Both the position numbers and the translations under genes were made by a program. DNA of 64,000 bases from Synergistales bacterium (lineage in GTDB: Bacteria; Synergistota; Synergistia; Synergistales; JAFGMB01). The stretch is taken from the NCBI GenBank assembly GCA_963666205.1, contig OY762654.1:2752001-2816000 (forward strand). The letters are read 5' to 3'. A model generated the notes under the pieces. That model was not told the DNA's origin, ran no database searches, and saw nothing but the letters and a program-made list of their open reading frames with translations. Below, in pieces: positions 39,974 through 48,087 of the stretch; within the stretch, counting starts at the first letter, position 1; every line of letters starts with the position of its first letter.

Positions 39974-41341
39974 GTGATAAATATGTTGATTTCATTTGTA
40001 GTTTCGAATTTTCGATCCATAAAGGATATGCAGGAATTCTCATTGTTGACATCCAAAATTGGCCAAAAAGAGGGCTTCTTAAATAGAAACTTTATGTTTT
40101 GTGATGGAGAAAAGGAGCCTCTTGGCAAATTAAGTGGTTTTTATGGAGCGAATGCCTCCGGAAAAAGTAACTTTATTAAAGCTTTGAATTTTATGAAACA
40201 TCTTGTTTTGACTTCTCATCGAAATCTGAAAAGCAAAGATCTGCCTTATGAGCCATATGTTCTTGATGAAGAACACATGAATACTCCTTCTGAATTTGAA
40301 GTGACATTTCTAAATAATTCAACCAAATATATTTATGGATTTTCTTTAAATAAAGAAAGGGTTATTGAGGAATGGGCTTATTTCTATCCTTCTGGAAGAA
40401 AAAGTCTTCTGTTCTTAAGAGAAATAGGAGAAGATAGCCAGTATAACTATCATTTTGGATCTTTGTTGAAAGGTCAGAAATCTGTAATTGTCCAAACAAC
40501 GAATAAGGAATCATTGTTCTTATCTAAAGCTTCTGACATAGAGGAATGTCCTGACCATTTGAAGTCCATCTTTTCTTGGTTTAGTGATACTCTTCGCATT
40601 TTATCAATGGATATAGACCCTTTTACATATGCTGTTGAAATGTGGAAAACAAAAGAGGATTGTCATAAATTTATTCTTAAATTGCTTTCTCTTGCTGATA
40701 CTGGAGTAAAAGGAGTAGAAATTGAAGAAAGATCAGTTCTAGATCAAATACCAGAATTACCTTTTGCCAAGATCCAAAAACTTTTCCAATTATGCAAAGA
40801 AGAATTTGAACTAGATCCAAATACTGATCTTAATGACAAAGTCACTATAGTAAAAGCTTTCCATGATTTTCGCAAGAACAATGGTTTGATTGAAAGCAAA
40901 GCATTTCAATTTACCGAAGAATCTGCAGGAACTAAACGTTTCTTTGGTTTTTCTGCAATTCTTTTAGATATTATTAGTAATGAAAGAGTTATTTTTATCG
41001 ACGAGATTGAATCGAGCATGCATCCATTATTGGTTGTTCGCTTTTTAGAATCATTTCTTGATTTAAGCCAAGAGAAATTGTGCCAATTGATTTTTACAAC
41101 TCACAACACCCATTTATTAAATTCAGATGTTTTGCTTAGAGACCAGATTTGGTTTGTTGAAAAAGATAAGGAAATGGCTAGCCACATTTATTCATTGCTC
41201 GAATATACGCCTAGAAAAGGTGAATATCTAGAAAAATGGTATTTGTTAGGTAAATATGGAGCTATACCTTTTTTACAAAACTTCGAAGATATAGAAGACC
41301 ATGATTCTTTCTATGGGGAATGCCTTGATGTCGAATCTTAA
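39974..41341 (+). CDS. rloA: RloA-like AAA_21/ABC ATPase
   Basis: NFRSI, YGANASGKSN, ESAGTKR, IDEIESSMHP, QLIFTTH and YLLGKYGAIP. Confidence 0.85.
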   Translation: MINMLISFVVSNFRSIKDMQEFSLLTSKIGQKEGFLNRNFMFCDGEKEPLGKLSGFYGANASGKSNFIKALNFMKHLVLTSHRNLKSKDLPYEPYVLDEEHMNTPSEFEVTFLNNSTKYIYGFSLNKERVIEEWAYFYPSGRKSLLFLREIGEDSQYNYHFGSLLKGQKSVIVQTTNKESLFLSKASDIEECPDHLKSIFSWFSDTLRILSMDIDPFTYAVEMWKTKEDCHKFILKLLSLADTGVKGVEIEERSVLDQIPELPFAKIQKLFQLCKEEFELDPNTDLNDKVTIVKAFHDFRKNNGLIESKAFQFTEESAGTKRFFGFSAILLDIISNERVIFIDEIESSMHPLLVVRFLESFLDLSQEKLCQLIFTTHNTHLLNSDVLLRDQIWFVEKDKEMASHIYSLLEYTPRKGEYLEKWYLLGKYGAIPFLQNFEDIEDHDSFYGECLDVES

Positions 41342-41930
41342 GGACAGAAAAAGGAGAAGTGTAAGGCGTCCCGGAAATTGGAAGGCTAAAAGAACGGTCC
41401 TAATTCTTTGTGGAGGAGAAAAAACAGAAAAGTTTTATTTTGAAAACATTAGAAAGAAAACTGAGGTTGAGAATACCCAAATTGATATTAAACAGTTTGG
41501 TGCTAAATCTCCTTTAGGGATAGTAAATAGGGCAATCAGATGTTTAAAGATGTGGCCTTATGATACGTGTTGGTGTGTTTTTGATAAAGATGATTTTTCA
41601 GATTATGAACAAGCCATATCAAAAGCAAAACGAAACAGAATTTACTGTGCTTTTTCTAAGCCATGTTTTGAAGTCTGGTTTCTATTACATTTTGAAAAGT
41701 GTTGGCTTAAATTAACAACGTGCGAAGATGTAATAACTCGTCTGAAAAGTCATTTACCAGATTATAAAAAAAACAACTTAGCTATGTTTGATAAACTTCG
41801 CAAGAATCTAGATATTGCAAAAGATAACGCTGGGAACCTGCTTAAAGTGAATATGGAAGATCATTTATTAGATTACCCTATTACGAATGTTTTTGAGTTG
41901 TTAGATCATTGGAGTCAATCCTTCAAATGA
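41328..41930 (+). CDS. rloB: RloB family protein
   Basis: LILCGGEKTEKFYF, WCVFDKD and SKPCFEVWFLLHF; overlaps the rloA stop. Confidence 0.85.
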   Translation: MSNLKDRKRRSVRRPGNWKAKRTVLILCGGEKTEKFYFENIRKKTEVENTQIDIKQFGAKSPLGIVNRAIRCLKMWPYDTCWCVFDKDDFSDYEQAISKAKRNRIYCAFSKPCFEVWFLLHFEKCWLKLTTCEDVITRLKSHLPDYKKNNLAMFDKLRKNLDIAKDNAGNLLKVNMEDHLLDYPITNVFELLDHWSQSFK

Positions 41931-42181
41931 TGTGTAATATTTTTTTCTATGTAAATAAGCTAATATTTTTTTCCATGCTTTTGTCGATAGTATCTATCTC
42001 TTTTCCATTCATCCTAGTTGATAGAGCTAATTAACTTTAATACTTCCTTATAAGGTTTCGTTGATCATTGAAATCATTGGATTTCTTTTCTCAGAAATCC
42101 CGTATTTGTTGTTCAGGATAAAAAGTATGTTTATCCCAAGTTCGATATGCTGAACTAATCATAATAATAATTTTTTACGAA

Positions 42182-42496
42182 TCATGCTTTATTCCATAGT
42201 GTGACTTTTTCATGGTACAAGATAAAAAATTCGTTACATGCTTCCCTGAGTGGATATTCACAGTATTTGACCGCAAATTCAGGCACAGTATGGATCTTAG
42301 GCCCTGCTTTCTTTGCAACATTACAGGCCAGTGGGTACAAGTCCGGGTCCTGAAGAACCTTCTCAAACATGTATGTCATTACTATCCTTGAGTCTGCCTT
42401 GTTTTGTCTTCCCCTTTTTGAGTTCGGGTGAATATAAAGAATATTCCACAGGAGGTGAAGCACTTCTGTTATACGATCAGGGCTTGGATCTTCCAT
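42182..42496 (-). CDS. Hypothetical protein
   Basis: Follows the TerS-like gene by 8 nt on the same strand. Confidence 0.5.
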   Translation of the reverse strand: MEDPSPDRITEVLHLLWNILYIHPNSKRGRQNKADSRIVMTYMFEKVLQDPDLYPLACNVAKKAGPKIHTVPEFAVKYCEYPLREACNEFFILYHEKVTLWNKA

Positions 42497-42504
42497 CCGT
42501 TAAC

Positions 42505-42984
42505 TTATCCTTGTGACGACGAAAAGCCGGCAAGAAGATCTTCGACCTGCTGGTTATCAATTCCCTTGCACATATCTTCGGTTACTGTTTCCCTGTTCCT
42601 TATAAGCTGATCCCTTACTATCTCTTCAGGAGTCATGGGACCAGGGTTGGAAGAGGGTATCCGGTCGATTCCCACACTTTTTAGAATCTCAAAAGCTATT
42701 TTTACCCGGAAAGGGTTCTCCGGATCAGACAATGCTTCTTCCAGGCTTTTGATTGAAGATCCGATAAGAGTGGAAAGTCTTTCCTTGTGGGATTGCCATA
42801 TTTCAGAACGTTGTTTATTGAGTTCCGCTATGAAATAAGGATTCTGATTTACCCATATACTCACAGTCTGACGGGCTATATGGATCTTTTCCGCTACTTC
42901 TGTAAGTGTATGCCCTTCCAGGATAAGGGAAACGGCTTCAAGCTGTTTATCTGATAAATGTCGGGTTTCGACCGGATTTGTCAT
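42505..42984 (-). CDS. HTH protein resembling terminase small subunits (phBC6A51-like HTH)
   Basis: LSDKQLEAV...EVAEKIHIARQTVSIW...YFIAEL...RVKIAFEIL; AGGAGG RBS. Confidence 0.6.
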   Translation of the reverse strand: MTNPVETRHLSDKQLEAVSLILEGHTLTEVAEKIHIARQTVSIWVNQNPYFIAELNKQRSEIWQSHKERLSTLIGSSIKSLEEALSDPENPFRVKIAFEILKSVGIDRIPSSNPGPMTPEEIVRDQLIRNRETVTEDMCKGIDNQQVEDLLAGFSSSQG

Positions 42985-43002
42985 TCCTAAACCTCCTATT
43001 TA

Positions 43003-43224
43003 TTAATATCCCAGATAATTATTTACTACTTTCTTAAACTTGCTTTCTGCACTTGCAATATTTTTTAGAGAATCAAAAAGTTTCTGTCTTTCTTCGGGTT
43101 CCAAGATAGAGATATTCATAAGAGACTGAATTTCCTCATTTATCTGAGTAATGTGTGTTTTAATAGCTGATTTATGATCTTGTGCTTTCGCGCATAATTC
43201 TTGGGAAACTTTCATTTTCCACAC
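43003..43224 (-). CDS. Small helical hypothetical protein
   Basis: AAGGAG RBS; in operon with the TerS-like gene. Confidence 0.55.
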   Translation of the reverse strand: MWKMKVSQELCAKAQDHKSAIKTHITQINEEIQSLMNISILEPEERQKLFDSLKNIASAESKFKKVVNNYLGY

Positions 43225-43416
43225 TCCTTTTTGAAAATTCCCTCTAAGGGACCCAATTTTCTTATGCTGTTTGGGGCCCCCGGATAGAGGGTAGACCCGA
43301 TACGGGGTGTTACATGGTGGTGTATCTCTGTGAACAAAGTCATAGACTATTTATTCCATTCTGTAATACGTGATACGTCATATAAATACCATATGTAATT
43401 CGGGGTCCTTAAGAGA

Positions 43417-43442
43417 GTATCTGGTGTATCTGGTGTATCTGG
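43417..43442. repeat. 9-bp tandem iterons (gtatctggt, about 3 copies) at the PrimPol 3' end
   Basis: gtatctggt-gtatctggt-gtatctgg, with a related ggtgtatct near 43319. Confidence 0.7.
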
Positions 43443-43443
43443 C

Positions 43444-45156
43444 TTACCATAGTTCTGTGTCAAGGAGATATTCTTCCTTTAATCTCTGTAGCATCCCAGG
43501 TTTAGACTTGTAGTATCTTCTTTGGTATTTTTTCCCTTGAAATGTTTTTTGAATAACACAGGTTTCAAAACCTTCAAGTCTTAGCCTTTTGATAATCTCA
43601 TCCTTGTCGTATTTCTTTTCGTTACCCACAAAGACCCTCTGAAAGAATTCATTCAAAATAATTGCAATTGAGCCATTGCTTTCCCAATAGAGGGGGAAAG
43701 GGGCGCGGTTTGAATCAAAGATGTTTTCAATGATCCATTTTTCATCCTTCTTGTTATCACGCTTTGAAAAAGGATCTTCCCAATTGATTGGGTCCCTATA
43801 TTTTAGGTATTCGCAAAGTTGGTCCATTATTATGTCTTCCATATTTACTACTTCTACAACAACTTGGGGCTTAAACAGGATCTCAAGTACCCGTCTCCAT
43901 TTAGCGTTTGTGTAATAGGGTATTGAGTGTTGAACCTGGCTTAAGATCTTTGCTTCTATGCTTTTAAAGCTATACAAGCTTTTTGCCGTCCCAAGTCTCA
44001 CATTTCTGCCGTTTTTAAGTTCCATTACATATTCCGAGTCCTGGGTTCTTCCGTATTGAAATACTCTTTTCACAGGGAGTTCTATGCTTTGAGAGAACTT
44101 TTCAAGAGGATCTTCTGAGGCGTACATCTTTTGGAATTCCTCAATGTCCTCTGGGGAGAACTTGCCTGAGCTTTTTATGAACTCAAGTTTCTGTTGGTTC
44201 TGATCTATTGCTCTGTTTTCATATCCTTCTTGCACAGAAGTAAGTGCTTTTTCAACAGTTATCTGTCCGTAGGTCTTTGCTCCGTGCTTTTCGTCCCATT
44301 TTTTACGATAAAGGCCGGATTGTCTGAACAGGTTATCTATTCTGTACTGGTCTCGGCTAGTCCAGAAGGCAAGATAATCACAGAGGGCCATATCTGCCTC
44401 AGATTGAGAAGGATATCCAGTTATATCTCCGTTCCATAGGCTTGTGAAGGCTCTTCCGGTCTTATCGTTGTTCATGGCCTTATCAACAAGTTCTTTATCA
44501 TCAAGGGAGTTGGGCAGGGTAGGAGTAGTGTGTATTTGTTTAATACACTTGGCCTCATCTTCTTTATTTTCGGGAAAAATCTCTTGATACATTGAAGTAA
44601 GTTCATCCTGTCTTGATTCGATGGTGCAAGGATAACCAGGAAGGGTATTTCCTGTAAGAGCAAAGAACCTTGCATGGTCATATATCTCTATCCCTATTTT
44701 GTCATCCTTGCATCTTTTATCTGATGGCTTCTGGGCTTTGACTATTACATGAAGTCCTTTCCCACTTTGGCTAATCTCAGTCCAGGAATTAAACCTTTCA
44801 ATATATTGCCTTGCTGGTTCCTCAATTTCATTTGTTCCAGGATCTCTGTAGCCGTCAAAATCAATTCCACAGAATGGGTCATTCTCTGTGAAGACAAAGC
44901 CGATCCCATCAACTTTCATTTTGATGTCTTTGTAAGTTTCGTTTGTAGGTGAGATCTCCCCTTGAGCAAGAATCCTTGTTACTTCTTCAAAGGAAGACCA
45001 TGTTGAAGGGTTAGTTGTACTTGCGTTTTTACCGTTGGTTCCGACAGGTATTTTAGTGTATTTCTCTTTTTCAGGTTTCCAAACCTTTCTCCACAGGACC
45101 CATTGATTGTACTTCTTCATTTCTTCTGGGAAGTTATTGATAAGATTATTGGTCAT
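43444..45156 (-). CDS. Primase-polymerase (NrS-1-like PrimPol with helical-bundle domain)
   Basis: QWVLW...KIP, TWSSF, GIGFV...GIDFD, EISQSGKGLH, IEIYD..RFFALTG, SEADMALC and LFRQSGL. Confidence 0.85.
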   Translation of the reverse strand: MTNNLINNFPEEMKKYNQWVLWRKVWKPEKEKYTKIPVGTNGKNASTTNPSTWSSFEEVTRILAQGEISPTNETYKDIKMKVDGIGFVFTENDPFCGIDFDGYRDPGTNEIEEPARQYIERFNSWTEISQSGKGLHVIVKAQKPSDKRCKDDKIGIEIYDHARFFALTGNTLPGYPCTIESRQDELTSMYQEIFPENKEDEAKCIKQIHTTPTLPNSLDDKELVDKAMNNDKTGRAFTSLWNGDITGYPSQSEADMALCDYLAFWTSRDQYRIDNLFRQSGLYRKKWDEKHGAKTYGQITVEKALTSVQEGYENRAIDQNQQKLEFIKSSGKFSPEDIEEFQKMYASEDPLEKFSQSIELPVKRVFQYGRTQDSEYVMELKNGRNVRLGTAKSLYSFKSIEAKILSQVQHSIPYYTNAKWRRVLEILFKPQVVVEVVNMEDIIMDQLCEYLKYRDPINWEDPFSKRDNKKDEKWIIENIFDSNRAPFPLYWESNGSIAIILNEFFQRVFVGNEKKYDKDEIIKRLRLEGFETCVIQKTFQGKKYQRRYYKSKPGMLQRLKEEYLLDTELW

Positions 45157-45248
45157 TTTAGTATCTCCTCCAACGTAATGATTTAGGGCTTAAGTGGAGG
45201 AATATGCTATAATTATTTTGGGAGTAAAAATAACATAGTCCACAGTTC

Positions 45249-45283
45249 AAAACCGTCTGTAAGCCCCGAGCAGACGGTTTTTT
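45249..45283. terminator. Bidirectional hairpin in the PrimPol leader
   Basis: aaaaccgtctg...cagacggtttttt. Confidence 0.65.
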
Positions 45284-45501
45284 CATGCACTTCTTTCTGA
45301 TAACCAGGTCTCATATTTTGAAATAAACTCACGTCCTTTCATGATCCCTGCATTTTCAAATGCATAGGCCAGTTTATAGGCTTCCTTTTGTTTCCCGTGA
45401 AAGACTTTCCACAGGTACCCATGACTTACACCTATTCGCTTTGCCAATTTCCTAAAGGATAGATTCTCGCTTTCCATTGCTTCTGTAATAGGGTTTTCCA
45501 T
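45283..45501 (-). CDS. XRE/Cro-like HTH regulator
   Basis: SFRKLAKRIGVSHGYLWKV; GGAGG RBS. Confidence 0.75.
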   Translation of the reverse strand: MENPITEAMESENLSFRKLAKRIGVSHGYLWKVFHGKQKEAYKLAYAFENAGIMKGREFISKYETWLSERSA

Positions 45502-45550
45502 TACATTTCAACCTCCAATGTCCGTAAAAACCTAACATTACACAATAGTT

Positions 45551-45579
45551 ATTATAATTAATAAAGCAGGAGTTGTCAA
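45551..45579 (-). promoter_or_regulatory. Consensus sigma70 promoter for the HTH-PrimPol operon
   Basis: TTGACA-17 nt-TATAAT on the minus strand. Confidence 0.75.
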
Positions 45580-45900
45580 CATAAAAAACAGGTAACCATC
45601 AACACATAACATGCTCTCTAAAATGTAAAAGCGAGGTTGACATATGTAAAGTATTGATTTACAAAACAGATAAATGTCAGGGAAAAAATGGTATCTCAAA
45701 GTTTACAAGGGGGGGTAAATTGTCTATAATAATTACAGGAAGGCTAATGCTTCCGAACAAGTGAGGGATTAAATAACTTCAGTATTTTGCAAGGGCTTAG
45801 CTAAACTTCGTAGAGCATTATCTTTCCAATAACATCAAGTGTGTACAATATCGTTGCAGGTGGTGTTTTGCAAGGGGATCTGTTGGTGAAAAAAACTGGA

Positions 45901-45926
45901 TACATTGGCGAGACCGCAGTCCTTGA
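45901..45926 (+). repeat. Island-end motif, island B right copy
   Basis: tacattggcgagaccgcagtccttga. Confidence 0.75.
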
Positions 45927-46005
45927 CAATCAAATAAGATGAGAATCATATTTTGAGCCATGCGATAAAGCCGGCCATAGCCTCACCCACCGCCATTTTT
46001 AAGGT

Positions 46006-46082
46006 GCGCCGGTAGCTCAGCTGGATAGAGCGGCGGTCTACGGAACCGCAGGTCACGAGTTCGAATCTTGTCCGGCGCGCCA
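46006..46082 (+). tRNA. tRNA-Arg(ACG), copy 2, at the island B/C junction
   Basis: Identical to 36205-36281. Confidence 0.95.
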
Positions 46083-46232
46083 TTTCTTGTAAGTCGTTGC
46101 AAACACCGCTCTATCAGCCATAACTGGTGCAGTTAAGTGAGCTCGGTATCCTTCGGAGACCGTCGCTCTTGAGCACCGGCGACCGTGCTTCAAAAGTTAC
46201 CTCTCATTCACTCAGAATGGGAGGTTTTTTTT

Positions 46233-47186
46233 ATGGGTAAGAGTAACGTGGTTTTCTGTAACTCATGGGGTAACTCTTCTTACCAGTGGGAGGATCTGCT
46301 GGAGGAGTTTCTCATATTCAAGTCAGCTGAGGGGAAGTCAGACAGAACTGTTCTTGACTACCGGAATCATGTGACCAGATTCTTCCGTGCATATCCGGAT
46401 GTGCTGTGCCATCCATCCTCACTCAAAAGGTCTATCCTCGCATACCTCAAGAGTGCCAAGACACCCACTACCTATAATTTGAGACTCCAGAACCTGCGAG
46501 TATTCTTCGACTGGTTGATGGAAGAGGGGATAGCATCGGAAAATCCCTTAAGAAGGTTCAAGAAGAAGAGGAATCCGGGGAAATTTGTCCCAGTGAATGA
46601 GGAGATCCTCCAATCACTGCTGTCCCTTCCGGACAAAAAGACCTTCTCAGGGTTGAGGGATTACTGTCTCATCCTCTTCACCCTCGATACTGCTACTAGA
46701 CCGTGGGAAGCACTACAGCTGTTGCCATCCAACTGCAACCCCAGAAGTCTTGAGGTCACCATCCCTTCCCATATATCGAAGACTAGGGTATCCAGAACAG
46801 TCTATATCTCTGCCAGCACGTCCAAACAGCTGAGGAGACTATTAAGGTTAAGACATCCCCAGTGGAAGGAGGATGTGACCATATTCTGCTCCAGAGACGG
46901 TAAAGTTATGAAAGAGACATCATGGGGTCAGCAGATGAGAAGGTATAGCTTAAAACTGGGTTACAAGGTGACTCCGTACATGTTGCGCCACAGTTCTGCC
47001 ACCCTGTTCCTGCGGAACGGGGGGAACGCGGTGGCATTACAGAGGATGATGGGTCATACCTCCATGGAGATGACGGAAAGATATGTACATCTAGTGGAAG
47101 GGGACATAAGGGATCAGCATGCGAAGTTCTCTGCGTTAAAAAGAGTTGTAGAAGAGACTAACCGTATCCATAAGATAAAGGGATGA
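46233..47186 (+). CDS. Tyrosine integrase of island C
   Basis: DTATRPWEAL, SKTR, PYMLRH and MGHTSMEMTERY; GGAGG RBS. Confidence 0.92.
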   Translation: MGKSNVVFCNSWGNSSYQWEDLLEEFLIFKSAEGKSDRTVLDYRNHVTRFFRAYPDVLCHPSSLKRSILAYLKSAKTPTTYNLRLQNLRVFFDWLMEEGIASENPLRRFKKKRNPGKFVPVNEEILQSLLSLPDKKTFSGLRDYCLILFTLDTATRPWEALQLLPSNCNPRSLEVTIPSHISKTRVSRTVYISASTSKQLRRLLRLRHPQWKEDVTIFCSRDGKVMKETSWGQQMRRYSLKLGYKVTPYMLRHSSATLFLRNGGNAVALQRMMGHTSMEMTERYVHLVEGDIRDQHAKFSALKRVVEETNRIHKIKG

Positions 47187-47237
47187 AGTTTGAAAATTAG
47201 CGGGGTTTACATCCGAATAGGTTCATATATAACTAAT

Positions 47238-47273
47238 GGGGGGTGGGTTTTATACCCTCCCCCCCTCTTTTTT
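47238..47273 (+). terminator. G/C-tract terminator after the integrase
   Basis: gggggggtggg...ccctccccccc followed by a T-run. Confidence 0.6.
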
Positions 47274-47539
47274 CTGAAACTTAAATTTTAAGAATCTGTC
47301 AAGACATTAGATTTGTTGTGATATTAAGTCATCGGGATGTTTCTGCAACTATATAACATAGTAAGGGTTTCATATTTACGCGTATTTTTAAATTCGTCAG
47401 TAAAAGTATAGATTTTCGAAAAGACTATGTAATATGAAATTTGCTATTTCCATTTTGAAAAGAAAGGGTTAAAGTGGTTGCCCGAAATATTTATTTCTAA
47501 ATTACAGAGAACTAATTTAGTGTATAATATTTCTGGAGG

Positions 47540-48079
47540 TTGATAATGATGTTAGAGGGAAAATTGATTTGTAAAATCATTTTGGACTTCTTAGGTGAAG
47601 ATGGTATTACGGAATATGACGAAAGATATGACATCCGTCTTATGGTTCAGAAGCTTATTTACATGTTCCAAGAGATTGGTCAAATCCCAGGGTATTCTTT
47701 TAGTTGGTATTTGGCTGGACCATATTCTAACCAATTGACAAAAACTATGTTCAATGATGTCGTTCCTCAAGTAGAATCTTTTATCAAATCTGCCGATGAA
47801 CTTAGTCTTACTGACGAAGGTACTGATCTTTTTCGTAAACTCCATAGTTTTTTTGACCATGTTGATGATGAAACATTACGTTCTAAAAAATTGAGAAAAT
47901 TTCAGTGGTACGAATTACTTGCTTCAAGTCACTATATTTATAAGACAACTCACAATATCGAGAGAGATATGTTAATTAAGCGTTTAGGAATCTCTAAAAA
48001 AGCGTATACGCGCTCTCAGATTGAGTTTGTGGTTGATCAATATTTCTCGATAAGAAGTTCTGGGGATATTGTTAATTAA
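47540..48079 (+). CDS. YwgA/DUF4065 (Panacea)-like protein
   Basis: RLMVQKLIY...YSFSWYLAGPYSNQL...ELLASSHY. Confidence 0.65.
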   Translation: MIMMLEGKLICKIILDFLGEDGITEYDERYDIRLMVQKLIYMFQEIGQIPGYSFSWYLAGPYSNQLTKTMFNDVVPQVESFIKSADELSLTDEGTDLFRKLHSFFDHVDDETLRSKKLRKFQWYELLASSHYIYKTTHNIERDMLIKRLGISKKAYTRSQIEFVVDQYFSIRSSGDIVN

Positions 48080-48087
48080 TCCTTCGC

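Larger units (their letters stand above)
36282..46005. mobile_element. Integrative island B, satellite/PICI-like (9801-bp unit)
   Basis: Flanked by identical tRNA-Arg copies; integrase, defence cargo and HTH-PrimPol-TerS-like module; no structural or conjugation genes seen. Confidence 0.85.

Noticed and set aside
1-46005. Complete prophage or conjugative ICE
   Set aside because: No capsid, portal, large terminase, tail, relaxase or T4SS genes recognised.
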